Assembly: GCA_001643675.2 (NCBI GenBank)
Contig: LSRY02000023.1
Span: 744,001 to 808,000 of the forward strand
DNA length: 64,000 nucleotides
From: Monocercomonoides exilis PA203
Lineage: Eukaryota > Protista > Preaxostyla
Reading direction: 5' to 3'
Of this stretch, positions 11,557 to 24,348 are shown one piece after another (within the stretch, counting starts at the first letter, position 1; each line of letters begins with the position of its first letter). The position numbers and the translations under genes were made by a program. Below the pieces are notes generated by a model. The model did not search any database. It worked only from the letters and a program-made list of their open reading frames with translations, and was not told where the DNA came from.

Positions 11557-14396
11557 TCACAAAATTAACAACGCGTTCAATGTGTCCAGATTTAAAGAGT
11601 ATCTTCTTTCTCCGATGATTCTTTTTAGGCGAGAAAAAAGACGTTCACAAGAGGATTCGCTAACAGGAGCTACGATTAGAGAGTAACAAATATTTGCATA
11701 AATATTTGGTTCTGTTCCGTATTTTCCAATTTCGAAGTAATAAACAAAGGGATTGTCCTGCACAATCGAAGGATGATAATCAATCAGAAAATATGTGAGC
11801 AAGGCTATGCACTCGGACAGAAGTTGATCTGTTTGATTAAACAAGACTTTCTTCACATATGTTTCAAATCCGCTTTTTATTCTTGCAAACCAATCCATAT
11901 GAATTGCCTGCAATATTTGTGACAAGCATTTTTTTCTTTCTTCTGTTATCTGAATATTTGAATCAACAATTTTTCCACTTGAACCTATTTCTTCCACTTC
12001 CTCCTGCTCTATTTCTTCCGAACAGCATGATCCAATTTCTGTGTTTTCAATATCCATCCTGTTTGTATCATTTGTTTCGCTGAGATTTGAAGATGCATCA
12101 ACCAATCGAGTGGGATAAAACGAAGGTGAAATGGATGCTAAACTGGAGGATAGCCTTGTTTCATCAAACTCATCATTTTCTGACTCTTGTTCAGCTTCAA
12201 CAAGTCCGAAAATCTCTTCAAAATCCTCATTATAAATTTCTTCGCCATCTTTTTCTTCACATGATGAATTCAAGGAACAATTCTCTTCAAGACATTTTAT
12301 GATGGTTGTAAGAATATTATCGTTTGATGTTTTTGGTCCAAGTGGTGAAATAATTTGTGTCGATAATAGAGGATTGGTGAATAAAGATGTAACTGTGTGA
12401 GGTATTGAATTTATTTGTTGTGTTTCCTTTTTGTATTTATTAATTGATAATCGTAATTCGTTAACGCTAAATGGTGACACATTTTGAATTTGATCCCTTT
12501 TAAACATTTGTGAAGATGTTAAAACCGTTGTTTCACTTTGAAAGAAAGTTGGCTGACATTGATGACTTGTTGTTTTGGAAGAAAAATTCGAGAATGATTC
12601 CAATGAATGATTCGTCGCAAGATAAATATTTTCAGATGAACATATAGATTTTTGTGAGTGTGGCAAATACATTAATGGATTGAAGTGCATCGTTTTTGCT
12701 GTGTTATGTTCAGATTGCGACGATGATGATGAAGAGCTTACAATTTTATCGGAGGATGTTTCATGGTGGGAAATGGTATTTTTTGATGAGTATAGATATT
12801 TCAAAAATTCCATTTTCTGTGAGAAAGATTTTATGAACATGCCTTGTCTGTATAAAGTCGAACCTTCTGGCGTTAATGAAAATGCAAGAGCAAGAAAATT
12901 TCCTCTTGCTCCTGCAAAAAAATAATTGTGTAACAAAACCATGCATTGTATAATGTTCTGATTCCACTTTTCATCTTGAAAAATTTCAAGTTCAGATAGC
13001 CATGTGTACTGAGCAAACGCATGAAAAATACATTGAAATACTGACCCAAGCTTTGTTTTATCATCCTCAAAAATGAGGTGCATCGTTTGAAGTGGGAACA
13101 GCAGAACTTCGCATTTAATCACATCTGTTATTGTTGATCTATCTAATATATTTAAATCGAGAATAAAATCAGAGTTTTTTCTAATAAAAAAACAAATATT
13201 ATATAAACAAAGCCAACGTGTTGAGATAAAAACTGGGCACTTGGGTTTCGACATATCCTTTGTTGCACGTTTTCTGTAATTCTTTGAAAATTGGATAATT
13301 ATTTCTTTCAAATCTTTCAGATATTTGTTTGAGTCAAATAAGTGAATAACAATCAGGTTTATCAAATGGTTGTTGCAGTAAATGAAGAACGGTATTATGT
13401 CGTAATCAACTGAATCTGCACTGAATGTTTTCAAAGATTCATGAATGTTTTCAATCGCAATTTTCTGAGATTTTAAGCCATCAGTGCAGAAACATCGAAC
13501 TACTGATTTTATTTCTTTCATCTCTTTCATAATATTCATTGCAAGTCGCAGTATTGTTCTGAAGTTGCGCAATGTTTTCTAAGTCCCCAAAAAACAGGAT
13601 GTGCATTTGATTGTAATGGAACAACAGAAATAACGATGTATTTTTTTCCTGCTACAAGTCCTCCATCAAACATCACTGAAACTGAAGTATTTGAAAGAAT
13701 TTCATTTCTTTCTTCAATCTTTTTCCTTGTTTCTTTTTCGATCATGGATGTAAGTTTTCTTGCAGAAAGAATAGGAAATATTGATGTGTGAGGCAGAGTT
13801 GGATTGGCCTGAGATGTTTTTATAACTTCAGTAATAAACGCATTGAACTCATTAGAATATGCCGATAAAAATGCAATGTTGCAATGACTAACAAGATGCA
13901 AAAACATCTCAATTAATTTGTTGAACTGAAAATAAGATGTCGATTGGATATTTCGTGGATTGCATTCTTTTGGCAAGGCTTTTTTTTCTAAATATGGTAC
14001 TATCGTTGTGGAATGCACAAGTGAACAATGATGATCATCAATTCGGTTTGTTCCTTTCCTTGCAGAAAACGTGCAGTTTATTCTACATTTGCAATTTGGG
14101 CATAAATAGGAATAATGACCGTCTTTTTTCAAAGAACCATCTGCAAGAACAATGACGTATGCTATCCACAGTTTTCCTTTGGTTTCTTCAAAATGAACTT
14201 TTCCAATCTCTTGTCCAGAATTGTTTGGGTGCTTATAATCTGAAAGCAAATAAAAAATATTGTCAAAATCAAGATGAGAAAAATCTAACAGTGAAATCAA
14301 ACACTGGCAAAAAATGGTTGTTCTCCCTGGAACCAACGATACAAGAGTACATCCATTTTTATTCAACTCATCGATTTTCGCTTTGAATGCATCCAT
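11557..14396 (-). pseudogene. hAT transposase split by one frameshift near 13545
   Basis: BED-like Cys/His region (YLCPNC...HHC), VMFDGG (D1), FCTDG (D2), CNNH (CxxH), STRW, and C-terminal APVSESSCERLFS (E) dimerisation domain. ORFs 13536-14396 and 11557-13572 overlap out of frame. Confidence 0.88.
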
Positions 14397-14972
14397 CTTT
14401 AAGTTGTATATAAGATTTTGAAATAATGATATTTATTAAGTGAAGTTGAGGTTACAAACAATTGAAGGAGAAGATAAACTGTTTTTCAGTTCAGCTGGTA
14501 ACTGCCTATATACCGCATTGTATTTTTCATCCATAATAAACTTATTTACTTCCAACGACATGATGATCTTCGACAAAAAATATTCCCCTTGAACCTGATC
14601 TGTCGAAAACCATTACAGTTTAATATTTTTATTATAAATTTTTCAATCAAAAATATTTTTATAGAAAAATCAATTTATTTATTAACTTTTCATTCGCAAA
14701 AATTTTCAAAATAATCGTTATTTCATTTTTCTATGGGAAATAACAAATTTGAAAATTTAACTGGAATTATTAATTCTGGTGTCTGTCGAGATGTCGAAGA
14801 TGTTAGATTTTGTCGGTTTGTCGCAAAGGTTTAATTCGGAACATATATAATTATTGTTTGATAATAAATTGATAATCATTCTGAAATAAACAATAAAGAA
14901 TATGGAAAATATAATTTTCAAATAATGGGTGGAACGAAAGTCCTAAAGGAGAAAATTTTCCCCCATATCATT

Positions 14973-15149
14973 GGGGCGAAGTTTTTTCTTTCATGAAAAA
15001 AACTTTGTTTTGTTCCAAACTTTTTCCCTATCATATCATAAAAAGTCAAACATACCCATGCTTAAATATGAAGAAAATAAAAGAAAATTGATCAAAACAT
15101 CAAAAATAATTTGGTGGAACAAAATTCATAATGCAAAAAATATCGTCCC
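14973..15149 (+). mobile_element. ~180-bp MITE family A, diverged copy
   Basis: GGGGCGA...TCGTCCC ends. Shares TTGTTCCAAACTTTTTCC and GCAAAAAATATCGTCCCA with 40352-40529. ATT on both flanks. Confidence 0.6.
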
Positions 15150-15236
15150 ATTGAAGAAGATGGCCCATATTGAAAACTGTGAAAAGAAATTTTCTTTACT
15201 TTTTGTAACGAATAAATAACAAATTATATCTTTATC

Positions 15237-17535
15237 ATGTGCATTGCTTTTAAATGTTTTTTGCTTAGTTTTTTCGTTGCTGCGTTTGATATTGGAATGG
15301 TTCCAAATCCAAGAGATAATCCCGAATTGTGCCTGAATGAAAAACAAAAAGCTGCAATGCTGAAATATTCAAAAACGGAAGAAATACCTTTTATGTGGAT
15401 ATGCGATATGACACATGAAATTACTCCAAGAACGCTTCTTTCAATCACACAAAAAATTGATTTTATTGCTGTTACAAAGAGAATCCGATTTGCTATCGCC
15501 GTTGTCGAGGTAATCTGTTTAAAATACATTTGAATTTTTGAAAATGATGAATGTTAATATATTCTTTTTTCAAGAGTTGCGGAGGAAAGAATAATTTTAA
15601 GCAGTTTTCTGAAAATATCCATCAAAAATGGCTTCAAAGCACAACTATGGATGAAACTGTTGTGCTCGTAACTATTTCGTTTGCTTATTACAATCTTACA
15701 AATATTTTTGAATTTCTTTCTTTCTTCCATGTTTTTCTTCAATTTTAGAGTGAATGAGAAAAAGTGTGACGTAATCATGGGGCGAAAAGTGAGTTGTGTT
15801 TTCAAGAGTTTGGTGAAATATAAAGCTGTTAGAAAGGCTCAAAAAAATCTAGGGAAAAGTGATTTAGAAGATGTTTGGCTTTTTATTACGATAAAATAAA
15901 AAATAAAAATCTTATTCTCACATTAATTACTGATGAATAATTCTTCTTCTAGGTTGTTGAAGATATTGTTGATTATCTTTCGGTGAGAATGGAAAGGAAG
16001 CATAAAAAAACTCTTAACGATATCCTCAATGCAATTTATCTTTTTATATTTTTTGGCTTTGTTGGTGCAAGGTTGGTTGGGTGGTGCTGCCAAAAGTTGA
16101 ACGCCAGACGAGAAAAGTTAAATGAAAACAGACAATATCTTGTGTGTGTCGTTGATACGTTGTGCAGTTTCAAATTTTTTTTTCCTTGATTTGTTGGTTT
16201 ATATTAATTTATATGTATTATCCTGAGATGTTGATGCTTTTTTAGAAATTTTTCATTATTTTCAGAAGTGATTTTGGATTTTGCAGTCAAAATCATATTT
16301 TCTAATTTTTTATTTTCCATTCATTTTTCTTCAATTTCATTAATATGGATGTATGTATTGATTTATATTTGCTTCAGAACTTTCTTGTGTCAACAGGCGG
16401 AGTGAATCGTCCTCTCTTTCCTTCTTACTGTCTCTGCTGCGGAAAGGAGTATCCAACAAAGATGGCAAAGGTGTTGGAAGGATACGTATGCCTTTGTTGT
16501 TGTAAGTTAATTAATTTGATACTTTTTCATTTATTTCTGTATTAATTTTCTTTTCTTTTCTTTCCTTTCCTTTCTTTTCTTTTCTTTCCTTTCCTTTCCT
16601 TTCCTTTCTTTTCTTTTCTTTTCTTTTCTTTCCTTTCCTTTCCTTTCTTTTCTTTTCTTTTCTTTTCTTTTCTTTCCTTTCCTTTCTTTTCTTTTCTTTT
16701 CTTTTCTTTTCTTTTCTTTTCTTTTCCTATTTTTATTTTATTTTATTTTATTTCATTTCATTTTTTCCATCCATCCTCTTCCCTGTTTACACAGAAAATG
16801 ATGTATTCTTCTCACTTCAACAACGGAGAAGTCCACGATGAAGAGCGATGTGCCCGTATCTCAGGCAAGCTGAGCAGCTACTCAGAAAACAATCCCCACT
16901 GCCGCATTCGCTGCTTCAACGAGGAATTCACCCAGATCAGCGTGAATAATCTGCTTGGGAAACAGCTTCTGTTTGACCTGCCTCCGTCTTTCTATTCCAA
17001 GTGCGATGTGACTGTATTTCCTGCCTGTGGGCATATGATGCACACCAAATGTTATAAAAAGTGGGAGGGGAATCATCACAAAGGATGTCCCTTTTGCTTG
17101 GGAGAGGAAGAACATAAAAATGATTCTAATGGAAGCTCTTCTGCTTCGAATGGAAGAGTGATCGGGAGTTCAATAAGAAGAGAGAATGAAGATGGGAAGG
17201 AAGAGGAGAAAGAGAAGGAAAATAATAAAAGCGCGATGTCTTCGATCAAGAAAGATGAGAAGGATGAGGAGGATGTCAGTGGAGTTAGCAGAAGAAAAAG
17301 CAGATATGAAAATTCTTCTGTTGGAAATGGAACATCAATGCAATCTTCTGCTTCCGCATCATCTTCATCTTCATCAGCCTTTTCAAATCATCCTCTTGTT
17401 GTGAATGGTATAACTGTTCCGCCTGAGTTTATTCGCAACGGTAGACCGAACTTTATAGAGGACAGATGTTTTGTTCCTCCTGCTCCAATTACTCTGGATG
17501 AATTGACTCATGCGCTTAACGAGTTTAAATGGTGA
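15237..17535 (+). CDS. Multi-exon protein with hydrophobic N-terminal exons and a C-terminal RING-H2-like finger (putative E3 ligase); 5' structure uncertain
   Basis: Intron 16486-16794 joins ...YCLCCGKEY...VLEGY in frame to KMMYSS...FPACGHMMHTKC...CPFC. Several upstream GT-AG-bounded hydrophobic segments; the start was not determined. Confidence 0.5.
16547..16727. repeat. (CTTTT/CCTTT)n microsatellite in an intron
   Basis: Directly visible pyrimidine pentamer array within intron 16486-16794. Confidence 0.92.
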
Positions 17536-18107
17536 TAAATTGAATGTGAAATGAGAATACAATTTCACGAGTTTATTTAAGTAAAATGCGTGATTAAAAA
17601 AGTTCGTTAAAAAAAATACATAACTCTTTTGTTATTTAATTGCATCACCTTTTTTTTAAAGTTTGTATTTAGTGAATGTTAAACCGAATTTATTTTTGTA
17701 ATTTTTATTTTTTTTTTTTTTTGAAAAAATATTATTTCAAAAATTCAAGAGTTTTTCAAACAACGTAACTAAAATTTGTTGATCTGTTGTTAAACATATT
17801 TAAAAAATAAAACCGTAAATTCCAAATTAGTTGAAAACTAATTAAAAATGTAGATAAAAAGATCGATTAAATGATCAAAGATCATGTAATTCTTTTTGGA
17901 AATAAGATAGTTTCTGGGAAAACTAACATTACATCAACGCAAAATGAAAATAACGAGCCGTTCCGCTTTGGCACTGCGTTTTCAATTACATTACTGCAGT
18001 GAATATAAGGTCAAATGAAATATTTATCGAATGGAACTGAAAATGATAAATCAATTGCTTCTTTACAGAAATTGAGAAAAGCCGCAATCCTTTAAATCTC
18101 ACCTCCT

Positions 18108-21100
18108 TCAAACTGAACCCGAGACCATGATACCCTGGTTAATAGGAGAATAACGAATAGAGAAATACTTATCCACGAAAAGAGAAGATACAGAACTCGT
18201 GTCGTCGCTGTCAGATAGAGCAGAGTCCGAATAAGAATCATCGTATTCTTCTTCCAATGATGATATCAGACTTTCATTTTCAGAGTAGTAGCTTTCCGAT
18301 CCGAAAGAAGAGCCCAATTCATCAAGCAAGTCTTCTCCGTACATGTTTCTGCTGTCCAATGATCCGGTATCCGACAAGGATTCTAGATAATTCTCGTTTT
18401 GCTCTATTGTTTTACTAATTTCTTCATTTATTACTTCATTCTGCACGCATTCGGTTGGTTTTTCTTTGTTTTCTTCTTTCTCAAATTCGTTTTCATTATC
18501 CTTGAAATTGAAGGAATTTTCTTCTTTATTTCTTTTTGTTGCATTGCATTTATTTTCATAGTTATTTGTTGTGTGATTTATAACGTCGGAACAAACATGA
18601 AATGTTTCTATGTTCGCTTTTTCGCTTTCTCTGTTTCTGTTGTTGGCACACTCTTCAGTTTTCGTTGCTTGAAAAGAAAAAGGAAATTGTTGGCAATTTT
18701 TTGAATATTCATTTCTTGTCGCAACAATTGATGGTTCATTTGTTTGTTTGCTGCTTTCAAAATCGTCTTGGATTGTTATTTCATAATATTCATTCAATTG
18801 ACAAGTGCCAATAGAAGAAGATGTTTTTGAAGAAGAAGGATGAAGCTGTTGTTGTTTTTTCTGTAGAAAACATAAAATTAGGTATATTTGGTATTGCACA
18901 TTGTCAACTGTCGTTTGATTACGTAAAAATGAGACGCAAAATTGAAAAAGAATGGAAATTTCATTTTTCTGAGCAAACTTTGAAGAAGATAGCTTTCCAA
19001 ACAAAATACAACAAAATCTCCGAAGTCGAGGATGATAAAAAGGAGCAGGAATTGATAATTGTTTTGGAATAAATGAAAACAACATGGAAAACGGTGATTG
19101 GAACTTTTCAATAAGTGCTTGATCAACCGAATTTAAGTACAAATGCGTCGAAATGGAAAAAGGGAGTGAGTGCACTCCTCCTTCCTCCTGACAAGCAAAG
19201 TTTGAAATGCTTTCCCTCACAGCATGGGCAAACGCATGATGATGAAATGTGCTCATCAAATAATTGTTCTGTTCATTCACAAACCTTTTGAGCTGTTTTA
19301 ATTTGCATGAATGTTTGAAAAAGTGCCTTCTTTCACCCTGTGTACAACCACTCAAGTTTCTGTTTATTGTGTTGTTATTTAACTCCTCCATAACATATGA
19401 AACGTTCGCAGAACCTGAGCAATAGTTGCTTGTAACTTTATCAAAGCAATCTTCATCAACACTTTGAAATTGATCGAAATTATCTTTTTGTTCTTTATCG
19501 TTGTAACAACTGCATTTTGGTGAAATAACATTTGAACAAACTTGTGAAGAAGGCACAGAAGATGAGCTTTGAATGGCAAATGAACATGAAGTGGAAGCTG
19601 ATGAACCGCAAGATCCCTTCACAATTACTCCTCCAAAAACAGTTGAAGCTGGAAATATGAGTGAGGAATTTGAAACTGTTGGTTCAAAATTGTTTGTTTT
19701 GCTCTTCATCTTTGAAAAAGAATGATTTTTTGCATTTGATTGTTCGAAACAATCGCGTTCAACATCAGGCGCTGAAAAAACACGTTTCTCCAAATCAATT
19801 ATTGGCACAAATGGAAAGCAGTGAATTGGGCTCATGAACTTCCATAAAGGGGTTTTACTGATTATCGAGGGACTCCGTCTAAAAGCCTGAATTTCAGCAT
19901 CTTCGTGCGATTTTTGAAAGTGCAAATTTCTGTTCAAGGAATTTGAAGATTCGCATTGATAAACGCAATCAGATTCAGTGGCATCCAACGCGATATTTGG
20001 ACAAGTCAACTTTGAGTTTGATCCCAAAAGAGAAGGTTGATAATGTTCGTTAAAATCCTTAAAGTCAGAAGTCTTGATTTCACCTTCTTGATCATCAAAA
20101 CAATTTTTGAAATCCAAATATCTCTTGTCCTCATTTCCTCCATGCATTTCAATATTCTTGCTCCATTTTTGAAATAATACTCGTGAATTATCATTGTTGT
20201 TTGTTAACAAAGTTTGATCACACATAAATAATTGCTGCTTGTCAAATAGTTCTTTTTCATTTTTCTGCTCAATCCTTTCAAAAGTACAGGAATGCACGTT
20301 CGATTGGTCTAATTTAGAGTTTGTGATGTCGTGTTTCCAAGTTTCTGTTGACTTCAAAGGGATTTGTTCTATTTCCAAGAAATAATTCTTTGATGCGATC
20401 TGGTTGGGACAGGCAAACTGTTTGGCTTTCTGATGGTCGTATGGATTTGAAATATTTCTTGAACTGTTCGTTTCTATCATTGTGCCCATCCTTCCTTTGG
20501 ACCGCTCGGAAATGGATCTGAGGATCGTTGAAATTCGGATGTTCTTAAACGCAAATGGAAACAAATGATTTTCAAATGATAATATCGCAGCCTGCATAAA
20601 TTAACAATAGAAAGTTAAGAGAGAGATAAACAGATGTTTGCATTTGAATCAAAGTGAGAATTATTTTCATTCAATTATCAAATTACAAGTTTTTATCAGT
20701 TACATAAAGCATAAATTGAATTCGCGAGAAAAACAATATCCATTAAGTTGAATGAGAAAATAGACAAATATTAATTTTGTCATGTTTTAAATATGCTCTC
20801 ACAAACTCGAAAAAGGAACATATAATAATTCTTTACATTTTATCAAAGCAAACAGAAGAAGAACCTCAAATGAACTAAATTTCAACTCACCAAACCTTTT
20901 CGCCCAGAGGAGTCAATGGATATTCAACTGTTCCACAATACAGCTTTCCTTTATGAAAGGTTGGAATAAGAGTAACTTTTGGTGCGAATTGAATGTTTGC
21001 CTTACTATACGGATCTTTCAAAAGGATTGAATAGTGACTTTGAAGCAATTTTTCATTCTCTTCAGAAGCCATTTTTGTGATGCAATTTATATCGAAAGAA

Positions 21101-22073
21101 AGAAGCAAAGTTGATTGAAACAAGTTCGGATTAAGTGGTCTGTAGGTGATTGATTGGCCTGACTCAAATGGAAGATGAATTGAGCGGATATTACGAACGG
21201 ATCGCAGTGACGTCTGAATGTATGCTGTCTGTGTTTCTGGATACACTTCTGCTCCAACTACAAACGGGATGGAACTGAAACATACAATCAAAAACAGAAA
21301 TAAAAAATCAAAAAAGGATGAGAAAATTTGAAAATAATACAGGATCGACATTTATTCATAAGAAGAATAAAAAAAGTTTGCATAAAATGAAATTGCATTT
21401 ATTTATTTTTAAGTATTTTTTGTTTTGATTTATTTGAATTTTCTAGTTGTTTGATGCAAATAGGAAAAGCATACGTTAAGTCTGTCTGTGTCGCAGATCT
21501 CTTAATTGGAGAGGCGATCCAAAATTCCTTCCTTCTTTCTTTGCTGAAGAAAACTATATCTGAATTAGTTGACAAAATGGTTGAATAACAAGATATTTCG
21601 ATCGGCATTGAAGATCGATCGAATTGAGAAAGAAAAAGAGAAAAATTGAATATTTCAAAGATTGCAGACGATTACTCACTTGAAAAGGATACAAACCTTT
21701 TAGCAATGAAGACGATTCAAATGCCTATTTGATTTATCACAAATGAAAACAGAAAATATAAATTTGACATGAGAAAATTTGACATGCCATTGTTTTTCTG
21801 TGAAGAATGCGTTCTGCGTCAGCGATCGAGTACAGTTCGACAAATCCAGTTGTCTGTGCAGTTCTTTCGCTGGTTGTGTCGAGCAATTTCATCTTTCTGA
21901 ATGAAAATTGCTCGTGAAATAGCGTCTTCAGTTCGTGTTCTGATCTGGCTGATAACACGATGAAATGGAGAATCGCTTGAAAACAGGTGAATTTATTTGT
22001 TGAGCTTGTGCTGTTCTAAAAATTGCATACGAGATTCTAAAACAGTTTCCTCAATCAAAGAGGTGATGCTCAT
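18108..22073 (-). CDS. Multi-exon protein with N-terminal RRM-like domain(s), possibly PTB/hnRNP-L-like, and a long low-complexity acidic last exon
   Basis: ATG at 22073 spliced to ESPILHFIVLSARSEHELKTLF...GFVELYSIADAERIL (RNP2/RNP1-like). GAEVYPETQTAYIQTS resembles the end of PTB RRM2. 829-codon open exon at 18108-20597. Linkage of all exons into one gene is inferred. Confidence 0.42.
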
Positions 22074-22950
22074 TTCAGATAACTCCAATTATTCTTTCTT
22101 TCTATCAAAACTATCGAATTCACGAAACTAGTTTGCAAAAGCGATATCTGTATGACACTTTACTATTAAAATCATTTTAAAAAAAGCAGACGTTGATATA
22201 TTTTTTGAGATGATCTGAATCAAAAAATGATCTTTTTCACTCATATTGGTTTTGATACTTTTCAAGCCTTAATTATGGTTAGTTTTTAAATGAATTTATT
22301 CGTTGACTTTTTGTTGGAAAGCTTTTGAAATTATTTTTTTCGCTAAAATTGAGTTTGTTGATAAATTTTGCTTAATTTTTTCTTTAAGGAAAAATTTTAG
22401 ATTGAAGATTGAGACTTTTAACAATTATTCAAAGAATTTTTCCTTAATAAGCTCTCGCTAAACAAATAATTCAACTAGAAATTTTCTTTAATAAATGCAA
22501 ATTGACGTTTTGAATGGAGATTATTTCGTTTTAGTTGCTATTTTTCACTTTTTAGGAAGGATAAGTGAAATTTTCTATTATCATGAAGCAGGAAATCAAA
22601 ATAAGTCATTTACAAGTGCTTAAAAATAAGCACAACAAAAAGAAACATTGAAAGAATGTTGAATAACTTTATAATTAAAAATTCAGATTTTTGAAATTTG
22701 GTGAGAAAATTTGTTATTCAGGTAGTTTCTTTGATTTGAATTTCATCCTTGTTAAATAGAAAAACTTCATTTAAGATTGGCAATCTTTATTATCTGTCAT
22801 TTATTTGTCCTTCGTCTGACAATTCATAAATTATTCCGTACAATTCTCCCTATCAACCTAACTTTAATAAAAAAAACAAACAAAAATGTCAGATATATTC
22901 CTTCTTAAACTTTATTCTCTTTCTCTCTCTCTTCCCTCTCTCTCTCCTCT

Positions 22951-24067
22951 TTACATATAAAACGGAAGTGAGCAATGAGGACACACAATCTTCTTCGAAG
23001 CTCTAAACCAGTTCTGCAAACACGCTCCATGGAAGCATTTCTCACACTCTCTGCATCTCGCCCTTGGCAAAGCATGAGTGACGGTGTCAACAACAGAGAA
23101 GCAGATTGGACAAGGCTCACAACCAGCAAAGAATCCCTGGACATTCGAGACAAGCACACACAGTGCATATGACAAGGAAGAGGCAGTGATTGTAGAGGAA
23201 GAAGCAGAAGAGGAGAAGAGAAGAGAAGAAGATAACATCTCCCACTTCCTTGCCAGCGCCACTGGGATGCCATCTCTTCGGATGAAGCTTGGGAGAGGAG
23301 GGCGAAGAGGGTGGGTGGGAGAGCAGCGGATGTTGACTTGCACTCGAATGGCGCTGTCTGCCTCTGACTCCACAATCAGCGTGAGTTCTCTCGTGCGTGG
23401 GCGGATGGTCAGTGTTGTGTTCTCGAAGGAGAGGACAGGGTTGTCTTTCTTTGAGGAGGAGGAAGAAGAAGAGGAGGAGGAGGATTTGGTGGGGCGAGAG
23501 AAAGTGGAAGACAAGAAAGAAGGAGGAACAAATGAGGAAGGAGAAGAAGAGTTGAAGATGGCAAGTGTTTCTGTGAAGTCTCGTTGCACAATTGAAGGTG
23601 TCACCAAAGTTTCGATTATCTTCTCAACCAGCTGAAGAGGAATTGTGGGTGAGAGACAAGGAACAGACTGCTTGGAATATGAAGAAGGAGAAGAAGAAGG
23701 AGAGGCAGAAGAAGAGGGAGAAGGTGAAGGAGAAGGAGAAGAATGGGCTTCTCTTTGATTTGCTCTGGATTCAGTTTTCTTTCCTTGTTTGCTGTTTTTA
23801 CCTTCTCCTTTCTTCTCTCCTTTGTTTTGCGTTGAATCATTCTCATTTTTCTTTCCTTTTCCTTTTCCTTTTCCTTTTCCTTTTCCACTTCTTTTTGGTT
23901 CAATCATTTCAGTAAGCAATCTAATTTCTTCATCAATTTCATCTTCGTTCTCTTTATCTTCCTTTTCTTCTTCATCTTCTTGTTCTTCTATTTCTTCCTC
24001 TTCTCCTCTTCTTCCATATTTTCTATTGTGCTTCTTTCCTCTCCATTTCCCTGCCTTCTTCTCCCTT

Positions 24068-24099
<32 letters not shown>

Positions 24100-24313
24100 T
24101 CTTTCTTCCTCTTCGTCAATCTCCTTCAACTCATTCTCTTTCTCTTTCTCCTTCAACATCAACAGAACTTCATCTTCTTCATCATCTTCGCTCCATCTTC
24201 TCTCAAGAAAAGAACGAAATCCTTTTGTATTCAATCTCAAGCCAAGAATAAGCAGCACTAATATCAGCTCTAATGGAGGAGGGTTGCCAGATGAAGGCAA
24301 TAGAGGTGAAGAA

Positions 24314-24348
<35 letters not shown>

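Larger units (their letters stand above)
9153..14833 (-). mobile_element. hAT DNA transposon, ~5.7 kb, with host-gene cargo
   Basis: 15-bp perfect TIRs TAAACCTTTGCGACA (9154-9168) and TGTCGCAAAGGTTTA (14819-14833). ATTCGGAA flanks both sides (9145-9152, 14834-14841; one extra T at 9153). Subterminal TGTCG motifs at both ends, T64 tract at 9221-9284, hAT transposase inside. Confidence 0.85.
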
